Assembly: GCA_041645165.1 (NCBI GenBank)
Contig: JBAZQN010000011.1
Location: 1,254-65,253 of the forward strand
Source of the DNA: Patescibacteria group bacterium
GTDB taxonomy: Bacteria; Patescibacteriota; Patescibacteriia; 2-02-FULL-49-11
Length of the DNA: 64,000 nucleotides
Direction of reading: 5' to 3'
Shown here: in pieces, positions 48,079 through 59,130 of the stretch
Numbering within the stretch: the first letter of the stretch is position 1
Layout of the letters: each line of letters opens with the position of its first letter
Made by a program: the position numbers and the translations under genes
The notes under the pieces: generated by a model
The model's database searches: none
What the model saw: the letters and a program-made list of their open reading frames with translations, nothing else
Told to the model about the DNA's origin: nothing

Positions 48079-49494
48079 ATGCCATACCGAATCGCGCATA
48101 TCACCCCCGTGTACCCGCCTTATGCAGGCGGTATTGGGGTTGTGGCGAAAAATATGGCGGGAGGGTTGGCAGGAAGAAGATGGCAAGTGGAAACGTTTAC
48201 GCCCACGTTGGATAACTCCACCCAACCTCCTCTTAAGTTAAGAGGAGGGGAAGGAGGAGTTATGGATAATAAAATAACGTATCTCAAACCATGGTTGCAT
48301 GTGGGCAATGCGGCGCTCGTGCCGCAATTAAGGAAATTAGAAGGATACGATATCATTCATCTGCATTATCCTTTTTTCGGCGGGGCTGAATTTGTTCTTC
48401 TGGGTATAATTTTTCAACGATTTAATTCCGCGTTTTTCAGCGATAAGGCCACGCGTGACGTTCCGCGTAAGTCAGCGTTCATTTTACAATACCATCATGA
48501 CGCAGACGCTAAAGGTTTGAAGGGGATGATGTTTAAACTTTATGACAGGATTGTGCTCCCGCGTTTGATCACGCGCGCCGACAGGGTGATCGTATCAGCG
48601 ATGGATTATGCGCAACATTCACGCATTGCGAAATACATAAGCGATAAGTTTGTCGAAATACCGTTTGGGGTTGATGCGAAACGATTTGAACCGTTAGGTA
48701 GTCATTCTGAACGTAGTGAAGAATCTCCCGTGCATACGGGCACACCGCTGGCATTCGCCAGAGATCCTTCCCCCGACTCGCGGGGTCAGGATGACAAATC
48801 CGTTATTGTTCTCTTCGTCGGTTCCCTCGACCGCGCGCATTGGTTTAAAGGGTTAGAGGTATTACTTCACGCGTTCGCCATACTGAAACAAGAAAATGAA
48901 CAAAATCGTTTAAAATCTACTCATTTAAACCCTACCCTAAATACCACGAGCCAACTTCGCCATAGTAGCCAAAGGCTACGTCGGCTGAATCGTGGTAATC
49001 CTGCCTGCGCAGGCAGGAGGGAGGGATTGAATTTGAAATGTTTGGTTATAGGCGAAGGTAATCTTAAAGAGAAATATAAAAAAATGGCACAAGATTTAGG
49101 GATTCAAGACCAAGTGCAGTTTTTTGGCAACGTGTCTCAAACGCAATTGCCTGATTATTACCGCAACGCGGACCTTTTTGTGTTTCCTTCGGTATCGCGC
49201 GCGGAAGCATTCGGATTGGTGGCGCTTGAAGCAATGGCGTCAGGTTTGCCCGTCATCGTAAGCGATCTGCCGGGAGTGCGGACGCTGGTGGAAGAGGGGA
49301 TAAACGGATTTAAGGTGCCTGTGAATGATCCACGTGCGTTGGCGCGACGCATTCAGGATCTGATTGAAGATAAGTCACTACGCGGCAGTATGGGACAAAA
49401 AAGCAGAGAAAAGGTTTTAGAGGGTTATACATGGGATAAGGCTATTGACAAGATAGAGAGAGTGTACTTAGATATGTTGGTAAATAAACCATGA
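48079..49494 (+). CDS. GT4 glycosyltransferase with up to four in-frame inserts
   Basis: YPPYAGG, IPFGVD, KGLEVL, EAFGLVALEAMASG.PV. Confidence 0.92.
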   Translation: MPYRIAHITPVYPPYAGGIGVVAKNMAGGLAGRRWQVETFTPTLDNSTQPPLKLRGGEGGVMDNKITYLKPWLHVGNAALVPQLRKLEGYDIIHLHYPFFGGAEFVLLGIIFQRFNSAFFSDKATRDVPRKSAFILQYHHDADAKGLKGMMFKLYDRIVLPRLITRADRVIVSAMDYAQHSRIAKYISDKFVEIPFGVDAKRFEPLGSHSERSEESPVHTGTPLAFARDPSPDSRGQDDKSVIVLFVGSLDRAHWFKGLEVLLHAFAILKQENEQNRLKSTHLNPTLNTTSQLRHSSQRLRRLNRGNPACAGRREGLNLKCLVIGEGNLKEKYKKMAQDLGIQDQVQFFGNVSQTQLPDYYRNADLFVFPSVSRAEAFGLVALEAMASGLPVIVSDLPGVRTLVEEGINGFKVPVNDPRALARRIQDLIEDKSLRGSMGQKSREKVLEGYTWDKAIDKIERVYLDMLVNKP

Positions 49495-49532
49495 AATAGC
49501 ATTTTCACAAAATTTGAGAGGAGGTGAGGAAG

Positions 49533-49673
49533 TTGAAAAAGTTCCCACTTTTTCTAATATTTCTGTTGTTGCTAGGTGGTTGCAAGGAGGAGGAGAAGAA
49601 AGAAAAGCAGCAAGATCAGCAACAACAGCAAGAGAAGGAGCAGGAATATACGGGGAAAGAATTAGATGTGTAG
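49533..49673 (+). CDS. Small lipoprotein (46 aa), not in ORF track
   Basis: SD GGAGGTGA, TTG start, KKFPLFLIFLLLLGG-C lipobox, E/K/Q-rich tail, hairpin GCGGCAG..TTGCCGC after the stop. Confidence 0.7.
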   Translation: MKKFPLFLIFLLLLGGCKEEEKKEKQQDQQQQQEKEQEYTGKELDV

Positions 49674-49886
49674 CTCCTTCTTTTAAAAATGCGGCAGGGG
49701 TAATTGACTTGCCGCGGCTTTCTTAGATGAGAATGCATTTATCCTTTAAGAAAGCTTAGGAACTTTGAAGTAGTGAGAGCTTCATGATGCAATTCAGGGG
49801 CTCTTTTATTTATGCACATTGTTGGATTATGAAGAGTGTTATAAGGTGAAGTAATAAACCAATGTAGTTGATATCGAACCTTTACA

Positions 49887-50402
49887 ATGGAGGTCATTAT
49901 GTCCCCGAGAGAGAAGATTGTTGTGAGGGGGATCGTAACATTAGTTTTATTAGTTGGGGGTGGTTGGTGTTTGGTATGTGATTACCTCATGCATAAGTAT
50001 GAGGAGTCACAAATTGGTACAACGTCGACATGGGTGGGGTCGACTGGTACCGTTAATTCACTAGATCTTCCTGAATTAGATAATTTCCAAGCACAGGAGG
50101 ATCTCGAGATGTTCATCCAGCGTCATGAGCTGGCGGACATCCTCCACCGACGGGAATGCTACAGGGTGGCGTTCCCTCATGGAGAGCGACCGGATAGTAC
50201 AGTCGAGTGGCGTGGGCACAGGTCCGATCGTGGCCTTTTCCTTCTTGGGCCACCAACGGGGAGGACCGAACTCTATGAGGAGGGCGGTGAGTGTTATTAT
50301 ATTTTCACCGTTACCTCATTTGCTTCACAACGTTACTTCCTCCCGGGAATAACGATATTCAACGGGTCGCTCTGGCCCGGAGATTACCTTTTCGTTTTTT
50401 AA
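49887..50402 (+). CDS. Hypothetical membrane-anchored protein
   Basis: SD GGAGG before MSPRE; N-terminal TM. Confidence 0.6.
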   Translation: MEVIMSPREKIVVRGIVTLVLLVGGGWCLVCDYLMHKYEESQIGTTSTWVGSTGTVNSLDLPELDNFQAQEDLEMFIQRHELADILHRRECYRVAFPHGERPDSTVEWRGHRSDRGLFLLGPPTGRTELYEEGGECYYIFTVTSFASQRYFLPGITIFNGSLWPGDYLFVF

Positions 50403-50648
50403 ATCCCGCCGATTTTTTAAAGGAGGAAAACCATTTTCCTCCTTCTGCCCTAGGAGATAAGTTAATTTGTCTTTTAAGGCGGGATTTAGAGAGATGGAGA
50501 AGGTTATGGTATACCGTCCTCGCGCATACGAGCCCACATTCGTGGGAGATTCTTCACTACGTTCAGAATGACGATAGGAAGGGTATAAGGGTGTTTTTAT
50601 AGAAGAGAGTGTAGTAAGACACTCTTTTTTGATATACAATGATAATGT

Positions 50649-50876
50649 TATGCCCCGTAATACAACATCCAAGAGGGAGGCATAAATTTGAAAAATAGAG
50701 AATGGATTTACTAGGGGAGTCTCGGCGAGTGCATTAAGTGGTTCTTTCCTCGCCTCCCTCATCGATCGCCATACTAATGCCAAGTTTTTTGCGTAACATT
50801 TCATCTTAATCTCATTTATCCATCATAATCATTTTACGCCGTTTGTGTGGCGTTGGATGTTGATATACGGGGTATG
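50649..50876 (+). other. Second copy of the ~230-bp structured element
   Basis: Same three stems as 36907-37138 with divergent loops; ends at the GT4 ATG. Confidence 0.85.
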
Positions 50877-52193
50877 AAAGTATTACTTATTAATCATCTT
50901 TATCCCGAAGGCGGGGGCGCAGAAGCGGCGGCGAGAGGATTGGTGCAATTCCTTAAAGTACAAGGGCATGAGGTCGCGGCGCTTACCTTAGGTGATGATA
51001 CAGCAAAGGGTGGAATGAGCGGACGTGATGAAGGTGGCGTTCAAATATATTCTTATAAAACTTTAAGCCGCCGTTTTTCAGAGAAACTGATCGTTTGCTT
51101 ATTCTACGATCGCCCGCCTGCCGCCGCCTTTCATGAGGCTACTATATGTAATGATTTATCTAAAACAAAGCGTGTTAATAGAAGAACTAATAATAGGCTA
51201 TGGCGGGCAGGTAGTATATGCAAACGAGTATTTTTCAGAGCAGGGGCATTTTTGTGCGACTGGATTAATTTGAACGGCCCCTTAAAGGCTTTGCGATTAA
51301 TACAGAAATTAAAACCAGATGTGGTGCATACGCACAATCTGCGCGGGATGGGGATGCTCCTGCCTCTTTTTATCCGATTTGGCAAAGGTAATGCGCGGTG
51401 GATCCATACGCTCCATGATATCCAATTAGTTTATCCCAGCGGCGTGGTGAGGAATTCGAAGTCTGCGCAGATATATGAAATTATCAGAAAGATATATGAG
51501 CAACAGCAGAGGTTGGTTTGGGGTTCGCCGAATGTGGTGGCGTCGCCATCTGATTTTTTAAAAAAGTTTTACGCGGAAAGAGGATTTTTTAGGAAATCGA
51601 AATTTGAGGTAATTCCTAATGTGATAATGGGTGCGGCGCAAGGAGATGAAGAGATGGGGGAGGGGAAGAATTCTATTTCGTTCATTGGCGCGTTGGAGGA
51701 GAGTAAAGGAATACAGATTCTCCTTGAGGCTGCGCAAAGGGTGGGACAGGAATTTCAGCAACGCGCGTTTACCTTAGATATCGTTGGCGACGGGTCATTG
51801 AGGAACAAATTGGCAGCACAATATGCGCGATTCCCGTGGATTCGGTTTCGCGGTGCGTTAAAAGACAAATCATTAAAGGATATTTTTGCACGCGCTTTGG
51901 TCACCGTTATTCCCTCACTGACGCTGGAAAATGCGCCTATGGCAATCCTTGAGAGTTTTCATTTTGGCGTACCGGTTATCGCGAGCCGCATCGGCGGTAT
52001 TCCCGAATATGTGAAAGAAGGGGAGACGGGTTGGCTGTTTAACCTTGGGTCTGTTGATGAGTTAGCTGCATTGTTAAGAAAAATTATTAATGAAGGAGTT
52101 TCCGAAGAGATTTCCCGAAATTGCCAGCGCGTGTCGGTTGATTTGGGCGTACAGGCATATGCCGGCCATGCTGCGCTCTATAATTCGTCATAA
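50874..52193 (+). CDS. GT4 glycosyltransferase
   Basis: GGAE, PDVVHTHN, HTLHD, KGIQIL, ENAPMAILES. Confidence 0.9.
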   Translation: MKVLLINHLYPEGGGAEAAARGLVQFLKVQGHEVAALTLGDDTAKGGMSGRDEGGVQIYSYKTLSRRFSEKLIVCLFYDRPPAAAFHEATICNDLSKTKRVNRRTNNRLWRAGSICKRVFFRAGAFLCDWINLNGPLKALRLIQKLKPDVVHTHNLRGMGMLLPLFIRFGKGNARWIHTLHDIQLVYPSGVVRNSKSAQIYEIIRKIYEQQQRLVWGSPNVVASPSDFLKKFYAERGFFRKSKFEVIPNVIMGAAQGDEEMGEGKNSISFIGALEESKGIQILLEAAQRVGQEFQQRAFTLDIVGDGSLRNKLAAQYARFPWIRFRGALKDKSLKDIFARALVTVIPSLTLENAPMAILESFHFGVPVIASRIGGIPEYVKEGETGWLFNLGSVDELAALLRKIINEGVSEEISRNCQRVSVDLGVQAYAGHAALYNSS

Positions 52194-52324
52194 TGCGTAT
52201 TTGGGAAGGTATCTCATACGTACGCGCTCACTGTCCATCAACACCCCCACCACACCTCCCCCTTTATATCATCAAGATATGGCGAAGCCATAGGGGGAGG
52301 ACAAGGCGTGTGGTCTCCCCCTTA

Positions 52325-52424
52325 GGCGCCGTAAAAAAATAACATATCCCGCCATCTACGCCGTACGTCAACAAAATAAGGACAAACCTATGGGACAAGT
52401 GAAATGTTATTTTTTTAAGCGCCC
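52325..52424. mobile_element. 100-bp MITE with TTA target-site duplication, nested in a composite palindrome
   Basis: Identical to 7186-7285. Confidence 0.9.
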
Positions 52425-52504
52425 TTATCAAGGGGGAGATCAAGAGGGGGGTTTAAACCGCGAGGATGGCGATGCCCCCAGTGAGCGCGTACATCTCATA
52501 CCTC

Positions 52505-52533
52505 TTGACAAGGGGTATAATGCTCAATATACT
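52505..52533 (+). promoter_or_regulatory. Sigma70 promoter of the hrcA operon
   Basis: TTGACA-17 nt-TATACT. Confidence 0.85.
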
Positions 52534-52537
52534 GCAA

Positions 52538-52564
52538 TTAGCACTCTAACCATGCGAGTGCTAA
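52538..52564. promoter_or_regulatory. CIRCE operator
   Basis: Perfect TTAGCACTC-N9-GAGTGCTAA upstream of hrcA. Confidence 0.98.
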
Positions 52565-52611
52565 TCCCTTAAAGAGTATAATATGCATAAGTATTTTGTT
52601 ATTTGACGGGT

Positions 52612-53298
52612 ATGGACGAACGGCAAGGCACACTTCTCTCGCATTTAATAGAAGAATATGTGGAGACCATCGAACCGGTGGGATCCAAACTGCTTGCAGA
52701 AAAATATGAGATGTCGGTAAGCCCCGCGACTATCCGCAATGACATGGCCGTGCTTGAAGAGGAAGGGTATCTCTCCCAGCCGCATATTTCTGCGGGAAGA
52801 GTGCCCACAGAACGGGCGTATCGCTATTGGATCACGCATGGGGAGGCTAAACCGGTTGAGAGAAAAGAACGGTCAATGTACGAGCGGGTATGGCATGAGG
52901 ATGGCGAAGCCGCAAGCTTCAAAGCAATCGCGCGTGCCCTGTCAGAGGTATCAGAGAATGCCGTAGTGGTCGCGTTTAGCCCCGAAGATTTTTATTATAC
53001 TGGTTTGAGCGCACTTTTTGCACAGCCGGAATTTGAAGAGCAAGGATATGCGGTGTCGCTTGCGAAAGTCATTGACCATTTGGACCAGATTTTAGGCAGG
53101 CTCGTGAAGGAGATGAGCGAACATCAGACGCTTTTGGGGAGCGATAATCCATTTGGCGATGCGTGCGGATTTGTCGGCACGTCATATTCGAGGAAGGCGA
53201 AACAGAAAGGATGTATCGGCATCTTAGGCCCTCTGCGCATGCATTATCCCAGAAATATTGCGCGGATTAGGCTGATATCGGAATTGATCAACAGTTAG
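52612..53298 (+). CDS. hrcA: Heat-inducible transcription repressor HrcA (short form)
   Basis: PVGSK, SPATIRNDM, QPHISAGRVPT, GILGP.RM.Y. Confidence 0.95.
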   Translation: MDERQGTLLSHLIEEYVETIEPVGSKLLAEKYEMSVSPATIRNDMAVLEEEGYLSQPHISAGRVPTERAYRYWITHGEAKPVERKERSMYERVWHEDGEAASFKAIARALSEVSENAVVVAFSPEDFYYTGLSALFAQPEFEEQGYAVSLAKVIDHLDQILGRLVKEMSEHQTLLGSDNPFGDACGFVGTSYSRKAKQKGCIGILGPLRMHYPRNIARIRLISELINS

Positions 53299-53524
53299 TA
53301 TTTTGTATAGTGCATTGCTATTCAGATTCCGATTTTCAACGTCATTCCCGCCCCGTATCGCGGTACGGGGCAAGCTCCGGCGGGAATCCAGACGCCGTCC
53401 TCGACCGAGATCGGGGAAAATCAAAAGAAAACACCGATTTTTTGTTTGTTTTTTGTCTGGATTCCAGATCAGGTCTGGAATGACATTATCGGAATTAGGT
53501 TAACAATTTAGTATAATAAAAATT

Positions 53525-54079
53525 ATGGATGATGCACCATCTCAAAACGCAACACCACAGGCAGCTGCACAGCCGGACTCGGGCCACTCGCCATCGGACA
53601 TCATTACCATGAGCAATGAAGAATATGAAAAATTAAAAACGCAGGCCGTCGAATACCTTGACGGATGGAAACGCGCGAAAGCCGATTATATAAATTTTAA
53701 AAAAGAAACAGAGGAGCGCCAGAGTGAATTTATAAAATTTTCCGCCCAAGCCGCACTCATGGGGTTTATCCCCCTCTATGACCATTTGAAGGGCGCATTT
53801 GCGCATCTGCCGCCGGAACGGAATAAGGATCCATGGATTGACGGAGTGCTCAAGATTAAGCAGGAATTTGCTTCATATTTGCGCGATGCGGGCATAGAAG
53901 AAATTCTTACCATAGGTAAACCATTTGATCCGACTAAACATGAATCAGTAGGCATTGAGATTGAAAAAGAGGCGCCTGTCCATACGGTGGTCAAAGAAAT
54001 AAAAGGAGGTTATACCCTGTATGGGAAAGTGATTATTCCCGCGCAAGTGGTCATCAGCGAACAAGTACCGTTACCATAA
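53525..54079 (+). CDS. grpE: Nucleotide exchange factor GrpE
   Basis: RAKADYINFKK, FDPTKHE, GYTL..KVI.PA.V. Confidence 0.95.
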   Translation: MDDAPSQNATPQAAAQPDSGHSPSDIITMSNEEYEKLKTQAVEYLDGWKRAKADYINFKKETEERQSEFIKFSAQAALMGFIPLYDHLKGAFAHLPPERNKDPWIDGVLKIKQEFASYLRDAGIEEILTIGKPFDPTKHESVGIEIEKEAPVHTVVKEIKGGYTLYGKVIIPAQVVISEQVPLP

Positions 54080-54423
54080 AGTTTTTATATAATCCTCTCC
54101 TGCAAATACCCAGTACACACTGCTTGTATGAAATGTGCCTCTCGTAAGAATTAAATGGTAACGGCACAAGGAGAGCGATCAGGCACTGCAACAACAAAGG
54201 CCGAAACAAATGAAAAATCCCAAACCTGAAATCCCAATATAAATTGGAATTTAAGATTTATTTGGAATTTGTCCCGCACCTTGAATCTTTTTTTCTAAGG
54301 TAAGCGGGATCCCGCCGGAGCGGGAGATATTAAGATTTGGAATTTAATAAGGTATTTTTTCCAATTCAGTTTATTATTGAATAATCTCTCTGGCGTGCAC
54401 CAGTGAGAATTAAAGGAGGCAGT

Positions 54424-54852
54424 ATGACTCTTATTCCATGGCGTCCCATGGTCGAACCCTTCGACGATATGACGAGGTTTTTCGACGATATGTGGCCTAC
54501 GGGGACTTTTCGGTCCTTGGCAGGCATGGTTCCCGCGATCGATGTCTACGAGGATGTGGACAATGTGTATGTGGAGACACCGCTTCCCGGCGTGGATCCG
54601 GAAAAGGTTACGGTATCGGTAGAAAATGACGTCCTTACCATTGAAGGGAAATCTCAGCGCAAGACAGAGGTGGAGGATAAAAAGTTCTATCGTAAAGAGG
54701 TGAGCTATGGCAGTTTCCACCGTGCAGTGGCGCTTCCGTCCGCAGTAAAGGGCGAAGAGGCAAAAGCAACCTATGAGAAAGGCGTGCTGAAAGTTGCGAT
54801 TCCGAAAGAAGAGCGCGCGAAACCGAAGACGGTCAAGGTGGAGGTGAAGTAA
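54424..54852 (+). CDS. Hsp20/alpha-crystallin small heat shock protein
   Basis: PAIDVYE, LPGV, YGSFHRAVALP, ATYEKGVL. Confidence 0.95.
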   Translation: MTLIPWRPMVEPFDDMTRFFDDMWPTGTFRSLAGMVPAIDVYEDVDNVYVETPLPGVDPEKVTVSVENDVLTIEGKSQRKTEVEDKKFYRKEVSYGSFHRAVALPSAVKGEEAKATYEKGVLKVAIPKEERAKPKTVKVEVK

Positions 54853-55009
54853 TAGTGAGGGGTTGGAAGAGTAGAGAAGTTAGAATCTAGAAGCTGGAAT
54901 TTAGGATTTGAAATTTAATTTTCCTCGATTTCGATTTTGGCGTGCACTCTCGTGATATCCGCGGGAGTGACGGGAGGATCGAAAGAACATTTTATCAGTG
55001 ATCAGGCGT

Positions 55010-55324
55010 ATGACACCAAAAGAAAACAATAAAAATGAAGCATTGATGCTTTTACGGGAATGCCCTTCATGCCGTTCGCGGTATACCCACACATCGGTAC
55101 AGGTGCTTTCTGCCAATGAGAAAGGGTCGCTGGTATCGTTTACCTGCGGTGAGTGCCGACTTGATGTCTTGGTAGCGGTATCGCCGATGCCTTTCGGGCT
55201 GGTGGGCACTGGGATGCCGACTGACTGCGCGACCGACGAAGTGATGAGATTTATGGATTCAAACGAAATTACCGAAGATGATGTGATAGAGGCGCATACG
55301 TTGCTTGAAAATCCGAAATCCTAA
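55010..55324 (+). CDS. Small zinc-ribbon protein
   Basis: CPSC ... CGEC; ITEDDVIEAH. Confidence 0.7.
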   Translation: MTPKENNKNEALMLLRECPSCRSRYTHTSVQVLSANEKGSLVSFTCGECRLDVLVAVSPMPFGLVGTGMPTDCATDEVMRFMDSNEITEDDVIEAHTLLENPKS

Positions 55325-55458
55325 ATCCGAAATCCTAAACAAGCTCAAAACACAAAATTCGAAATATTCCTATCCCTTAATATTTCGATGATTTGAATCT
55401 CGAATTTTGGATTTGTTTAGGGTTTAGAGTTTAGAATTTAGTATTTATATATTTGAGT

Positions 55459-57363
55459 ATGTCAAAAATTATAGGCATAGACCTCGGTACTACCAATTCA
55501 GCGGTTGCCGTCATTGAAGGCGGCAGCCCAAAAATATTAGAAAACAGCGAAGGCGCGCGCACCACGCCCTCCGTTGTGGCCGTCAATAAGAACGGCGAGC
55601 GGTTCGTGGGGATGACGGCGAAACGCCAGGCAGTCACCAATCCCCAAAATACCATTTACTCGGTAAAGCGCCTTATCGGGCGCAGATACGATGACCCCGA
55701 AGTGCAGCGTTCGCAAAAAACCCTGCCTTACAGAATCGTGAAGTCGGGTGAAGGCGTGAAAGTGGCCATGGCAGAGAAGGAATATTCCCCACAGGAGATT
55801 TCCGCAATGATTTTGCAGAAGATCAAGGCGGACGTGGAGGCAAGACTGGGCGAAAAGGTGACGGAGGCGGTGATCACCTGCCCGGCGTATTTTGACGATT
55901 CGCAGCGTAAAGCAACGAAAGAAGCAGGCGAGATCGCGGGATTTACCGTGAAAAGGGTGCTCAATGAACCTACGGCTGCGGCGCTGGCGTATGGATTCCA
56001 GAAGAAGAAGGATGAAAAGATCGCCGTGTATGATTTGGGCGGCGGCACCTATGACATTTCCATTCTAGAAGTATCCAGCGATACCGTGGAGGTAAAGGCC
56101 ACCAACGGGGACACGCACCTTGGAGGGGATGATTTTGACCAAAGGGTCATTGATTGGATTATTGCAGAATTCAAGAAGGATCAAGGCATCGACCTTTCGA
56201 AAGACACGCTCTCGCTCCAGCGCATCAAAGAGGCCGCGGAAAAGGCGAAGATCGAGCTGTCCACGGCCATGGAAACGGAAATTAACCAGCCGTTTATCAC
56301 CTCTGGCGCTGACGGCCCAAAGCATCTGCTCTTGAAGCTGACCCGGGCGAAATATGAGGATCTGGTGGGCGATCTGATTGAAAAAACCAAAGAGCCGATG
56401 AAGAAAGCATTGAGCGACGCAAAGCTCACCGTGAAGGACATTGATGAAATTGTCATGGTGGGAGGAATGACGAGAATGCCCAAAGTATTAGCGATGGTGG
56501 AAGAGTTTTTCGGGAAGAAGCCGCATATTGGCGTAAACCCCGATGAGGTCGTGGCGGCAGGCGCGGCGGTTCAAGCAGGCATCATGCAGGGTGAGGTGAA
56601 AGACGTATTACTGCTTGATGTGACTCCTCTTACGCTCGGCATTGAAACGCTGGGCAGCGTGGCCACGCCTATCATTCAGAGGAATACCACCGTCCCGACG
56701 AAAAAATCACAGGTCTTTTCGACCGCCGCTGACGGGCAAACCTCCGTGGAGGTGCACGTGGTGCAGGGAGAGCGCCCCTTAGCGCACGATAATAAGAGTT
56801 TGGGGAAATTCATTCTTGACGGCATTCCTCCCTCGCCGCGCGGGATCCCGCAGGTTGAGGTTACCTTTGACATTGACGCGAACGGCATACTCCATGTCAC
56901 CGCAAAAGATCGCGCCACGGGCAAAGAGCAGAAAATCACCATCACCGCGTCCACCGGCCTTTCCAAAGATGAGATTGAGCGGATGAAAAAAGAAGCGGAA
57001 GCGCATGCCGTTGACGACGCGAAAAAGAAAGAGCAGATCGAATTAAAGAATACTGCCGACAGCATGGTCTATACCACCGAAAAGACCTTGCGCGATGCGG
57101 GCGACAAGGTATCGGCAGAGGTGAAGAAGGGGATCGAGGAGAAGGTGGAGGCGCTCAAAAAGGTGAAAGACGGCGACGACACCGATGCGATAAAGAAGGC
57201 AACCGATGCTCTCTCTCAGGAAATCCAAAAGGTAGGCGAACAGCTTTATAAAGCCGCCGCGGAAGCGAAAGGAAATACGGAGGGAGAGGTGAAGGCAGAA
57301 GATAAACAGGAGGATAAAAAAACTGTAGATGCGGAGTACAAGGATGTGAAGGATGATAAATAA
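55459..57363 (+). CDS. dnaK: Chaperone DnaK
   Basis: [30 protein letters not shown]. Confidence 0.99.
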   Translation: MSKIIGIDLGTTNSAVAVIEGGSPKILENSEGARTTPSVVAVNKNGERFVGMTAKRQAVTNPQNTIYSVKRLIGRRYDDPEVQRSQKTLPYRIVKSGEGVKVAMAEKEYSPQEISAMILQKIKADVEARLGEKVTEAVITCPAYFDDSQRKATKEAGEIAGFTVKRVLNEPTAAALAYGFQKKKDEKIAVYDLGGGTYDISILEVSSDTVEVKATNGDTHLGGDDFDQRVIDWIIAEFKKDQGIDLSKDTLSLQRIKEAAEKAKIELSTAMETEINQPFITSGADGPKHLLLKLTRAKYEDLVGDLIEKTKEPMKKALSDAKLTVKDIDEIVMVGGMTRMPKVLAMVEEFFGKKPHIGVNPDEVVAAGAAVQAGIMQGEVKDVLLLDVTPLTLGIETLGSVATPIIQRNTTVPTKKSQVFSTAADGQTSVEVHVVQGERPLAHDNKSLGKFILDGIPPSPRGIPQVEVTFDIDANGILHVTAKDRATGKEQKITITASTGLSKDEIERMKKEAEAHAVDDAKKKEQIELKNTADSMVYTTEKTLRDAGDKVSAEVKKGIEEKVEALKKVKDGDDTDAIKKATDALSQEIQKVGEQLYKAAAEAKGNTEGEVKAEDKQEDKKTVDAEYKDVKDDK

Positions 57364-57449
57364 TGACGTATCCCGTATTATGTATTACGTTATGTCGTGA
57401 TATCTATATACGTAATACCTAATACCTAATACCTAATACTTCAACCACT

Positions 57450-57755
57450 ATGATTGATAATAAATCGGGACAAACACAGATTCAAATTCGTGCGTCAGAC
57501 GAGGTGTTGCGAGGCTTGTACGCCAACGCGATGCAGGTGGTGCATACTAAAGAAGAGTTCATAATTGATTTTCTTAATCTCTATCCGCACCAAGGGCTTG
57601 GAGTAGTGAATGCGCGGGTGTTGACCTCGCCGGGGCATGCGAAAAGGATTGTGGCCGCGCTCGCGGACAATATTAAGAAATATGAAGCGCAATTCGGCGC
57701 GATAGAGGCGGCGCAAGAGCCTGCGGAGGGCAAGGAGATGGGATTTAAGGCATAA
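57450..57755 (+). CDS. DUF3467 family protein
   Basis: GLYAN, HTKEEFIIDF, SPGHAKR, YEAQFGAI. Confidence 0.85.
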   Translation: MIDNKSGQTQIQIRASDEVLRGLYANAMQVVHTKEEFIIDFLNLYPHQGLGVVNARVLTSPGHAKRIVAALADNIKKYEAQFGAIEAAQEPAEGKEMGFKA

Positions 57756-58035
57756 CTTCGTTCGTCCTGGACAATTTTCTCGGCGGCGCGATCTAGCAGC
57801 TTGATGCGCCAGACCGCCTCGTAAATTGCCAGGACTCACTTTTAGGGAGGATATATAGATCTCACACTATGACATGGCACTGCGCTTAAGGCAGACCGCG
57901 ATTCTTGTTGCGGAACTCGTCCCGCTATGCGGGACTCAAACAGTCCTCACGGCGAACACTGTCTCCCCGCCAAAATAAGGCGGGGAGAGTAGTTGGTGGA
58001 GGTACGATTCACAAGATTTTTAAGTGAAGTATTAT

Positions 58036-59130
58036 ATGGCAAAAGATTACTATAGTATTTTGGGTGTTTCTAAGAATGCCAGTCAAGAGGAGATCAAGAA
58101 GGCATTCCGCAAGCTCGCGCACCAGCATCATCCAGACAAGGGCGGCGGCAATGAAGAAAAGTTTAAAGAAATAAATGAGGCATATCAGGTGCTCTCTGAC
58201 ACACAGAAGAGAGAGCAGTATGACCAGTTTGGCACGACGTTTGAAGGAGGGACGGGGGGCGGTGCACAATGGCAGGATTTTGCGCAAGGAGGGCCTTTTG
58301 GAGGGTTCCGCACGAACGTGGATTTTAATGATATCGGCGACCTGTTCGGCGATATGTTCGGTTTCGGGTCTGGGGGGCGGGGAAAGCGGGGACGCAAGCG
58401 CAAGGAAGGAAGGGACTTGGAAATCGATACCACCATAGAATTCATAGATGCGGTGCGCGGAGTGACGAAGCGCATCACGCTTGAGAAATTGCAGGAATGC
58501 GAGTCGTGCCGCGGATCAGGGAGCGAGGGAAAGGGCGGAGTGAAAACCTGCAGCACATGCGACGGCGCAGGCGTGGTGGAGCAAGCCCAGCGTACCTTTT
58601 TTGGCACGTTCACTTCGCAATCAGTGTGCCCCGCGTGCCATGGCGAAGGAAGCGTCATAGAAAAGCCATGCGGCAAGTGCCGCGGTGAAGGCCGTGTGCT
58701 CAAAGAACATGCATTTGAAATAACCATTCCGCCGGGCGTGGCAGAAGGCACCACCCTGCGCATGGAAGGGAAAGGAGAGGCAGGCGTGCGGGGTGCCTCG
58801 GCGGGGAACCTTTTTATCACGGTGCATATAAAACCTGACAGCCGCTTCCGGCGGGAACATGACGATATCCACAGCGACGCGAGCATCACTTTGCCGCAGG
58901 CAGCGCTTGGCGATTCGATGAGAGTGCCTACCGTGGATGGGCTGGTGGAAGTGAAAATCCCTTCAGGCACGCAGTCAGCCACGGTGATACGCTTGAAAGG
59001 CAAAGGCATACCGCACCTTGAATCCGCGGGAAGGGGAGACCATTTATTGCATGTCACGGTTGCGGTACCCACGCGTTTAAACAGGAAACAGAAAGAGCTT
59101 TATGAGGCGCTTGCGAGGGAAGAGGAGTAA
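58036..59130 (+). CDS. dnaJ: Chaperone DnaJ
   Basis: J domain with HPD, G/F-rich region, four CxxCxGxG. Confidence 0.98.
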   Translation: MAKDYYSILGVSKNASQEEIKKAFRKLAHQHHPDKGGGNEEKFKEINEAYQVLSDTQKREQYDQFGTTFEGGTGGGAQWQDFAQGGPFGGFRTNVDFNDIGDLFGDMFGFGSGGRGKRGRKRKEGRDLEIDTTIEFIDAVRGVTKRITLEKLQECESCRGSGSEGKGGVKTCSTCDGAGVVEQAQRTFFGTFTSQSVCPACHGEGSVIEKPCGKCRGEGRVLKEHAFEITIPPGVAEGTTLRMEGKGEAGVRGASAGNLFITVHIKPDSRFRREHDDIHSDASITLPQAALGDSMRVPTVDGLVEVKIPSGTQSATVIRLKGKGIPHLESAGRGDHLLHVTVAVPTRLNRKQKELYEALAREEE

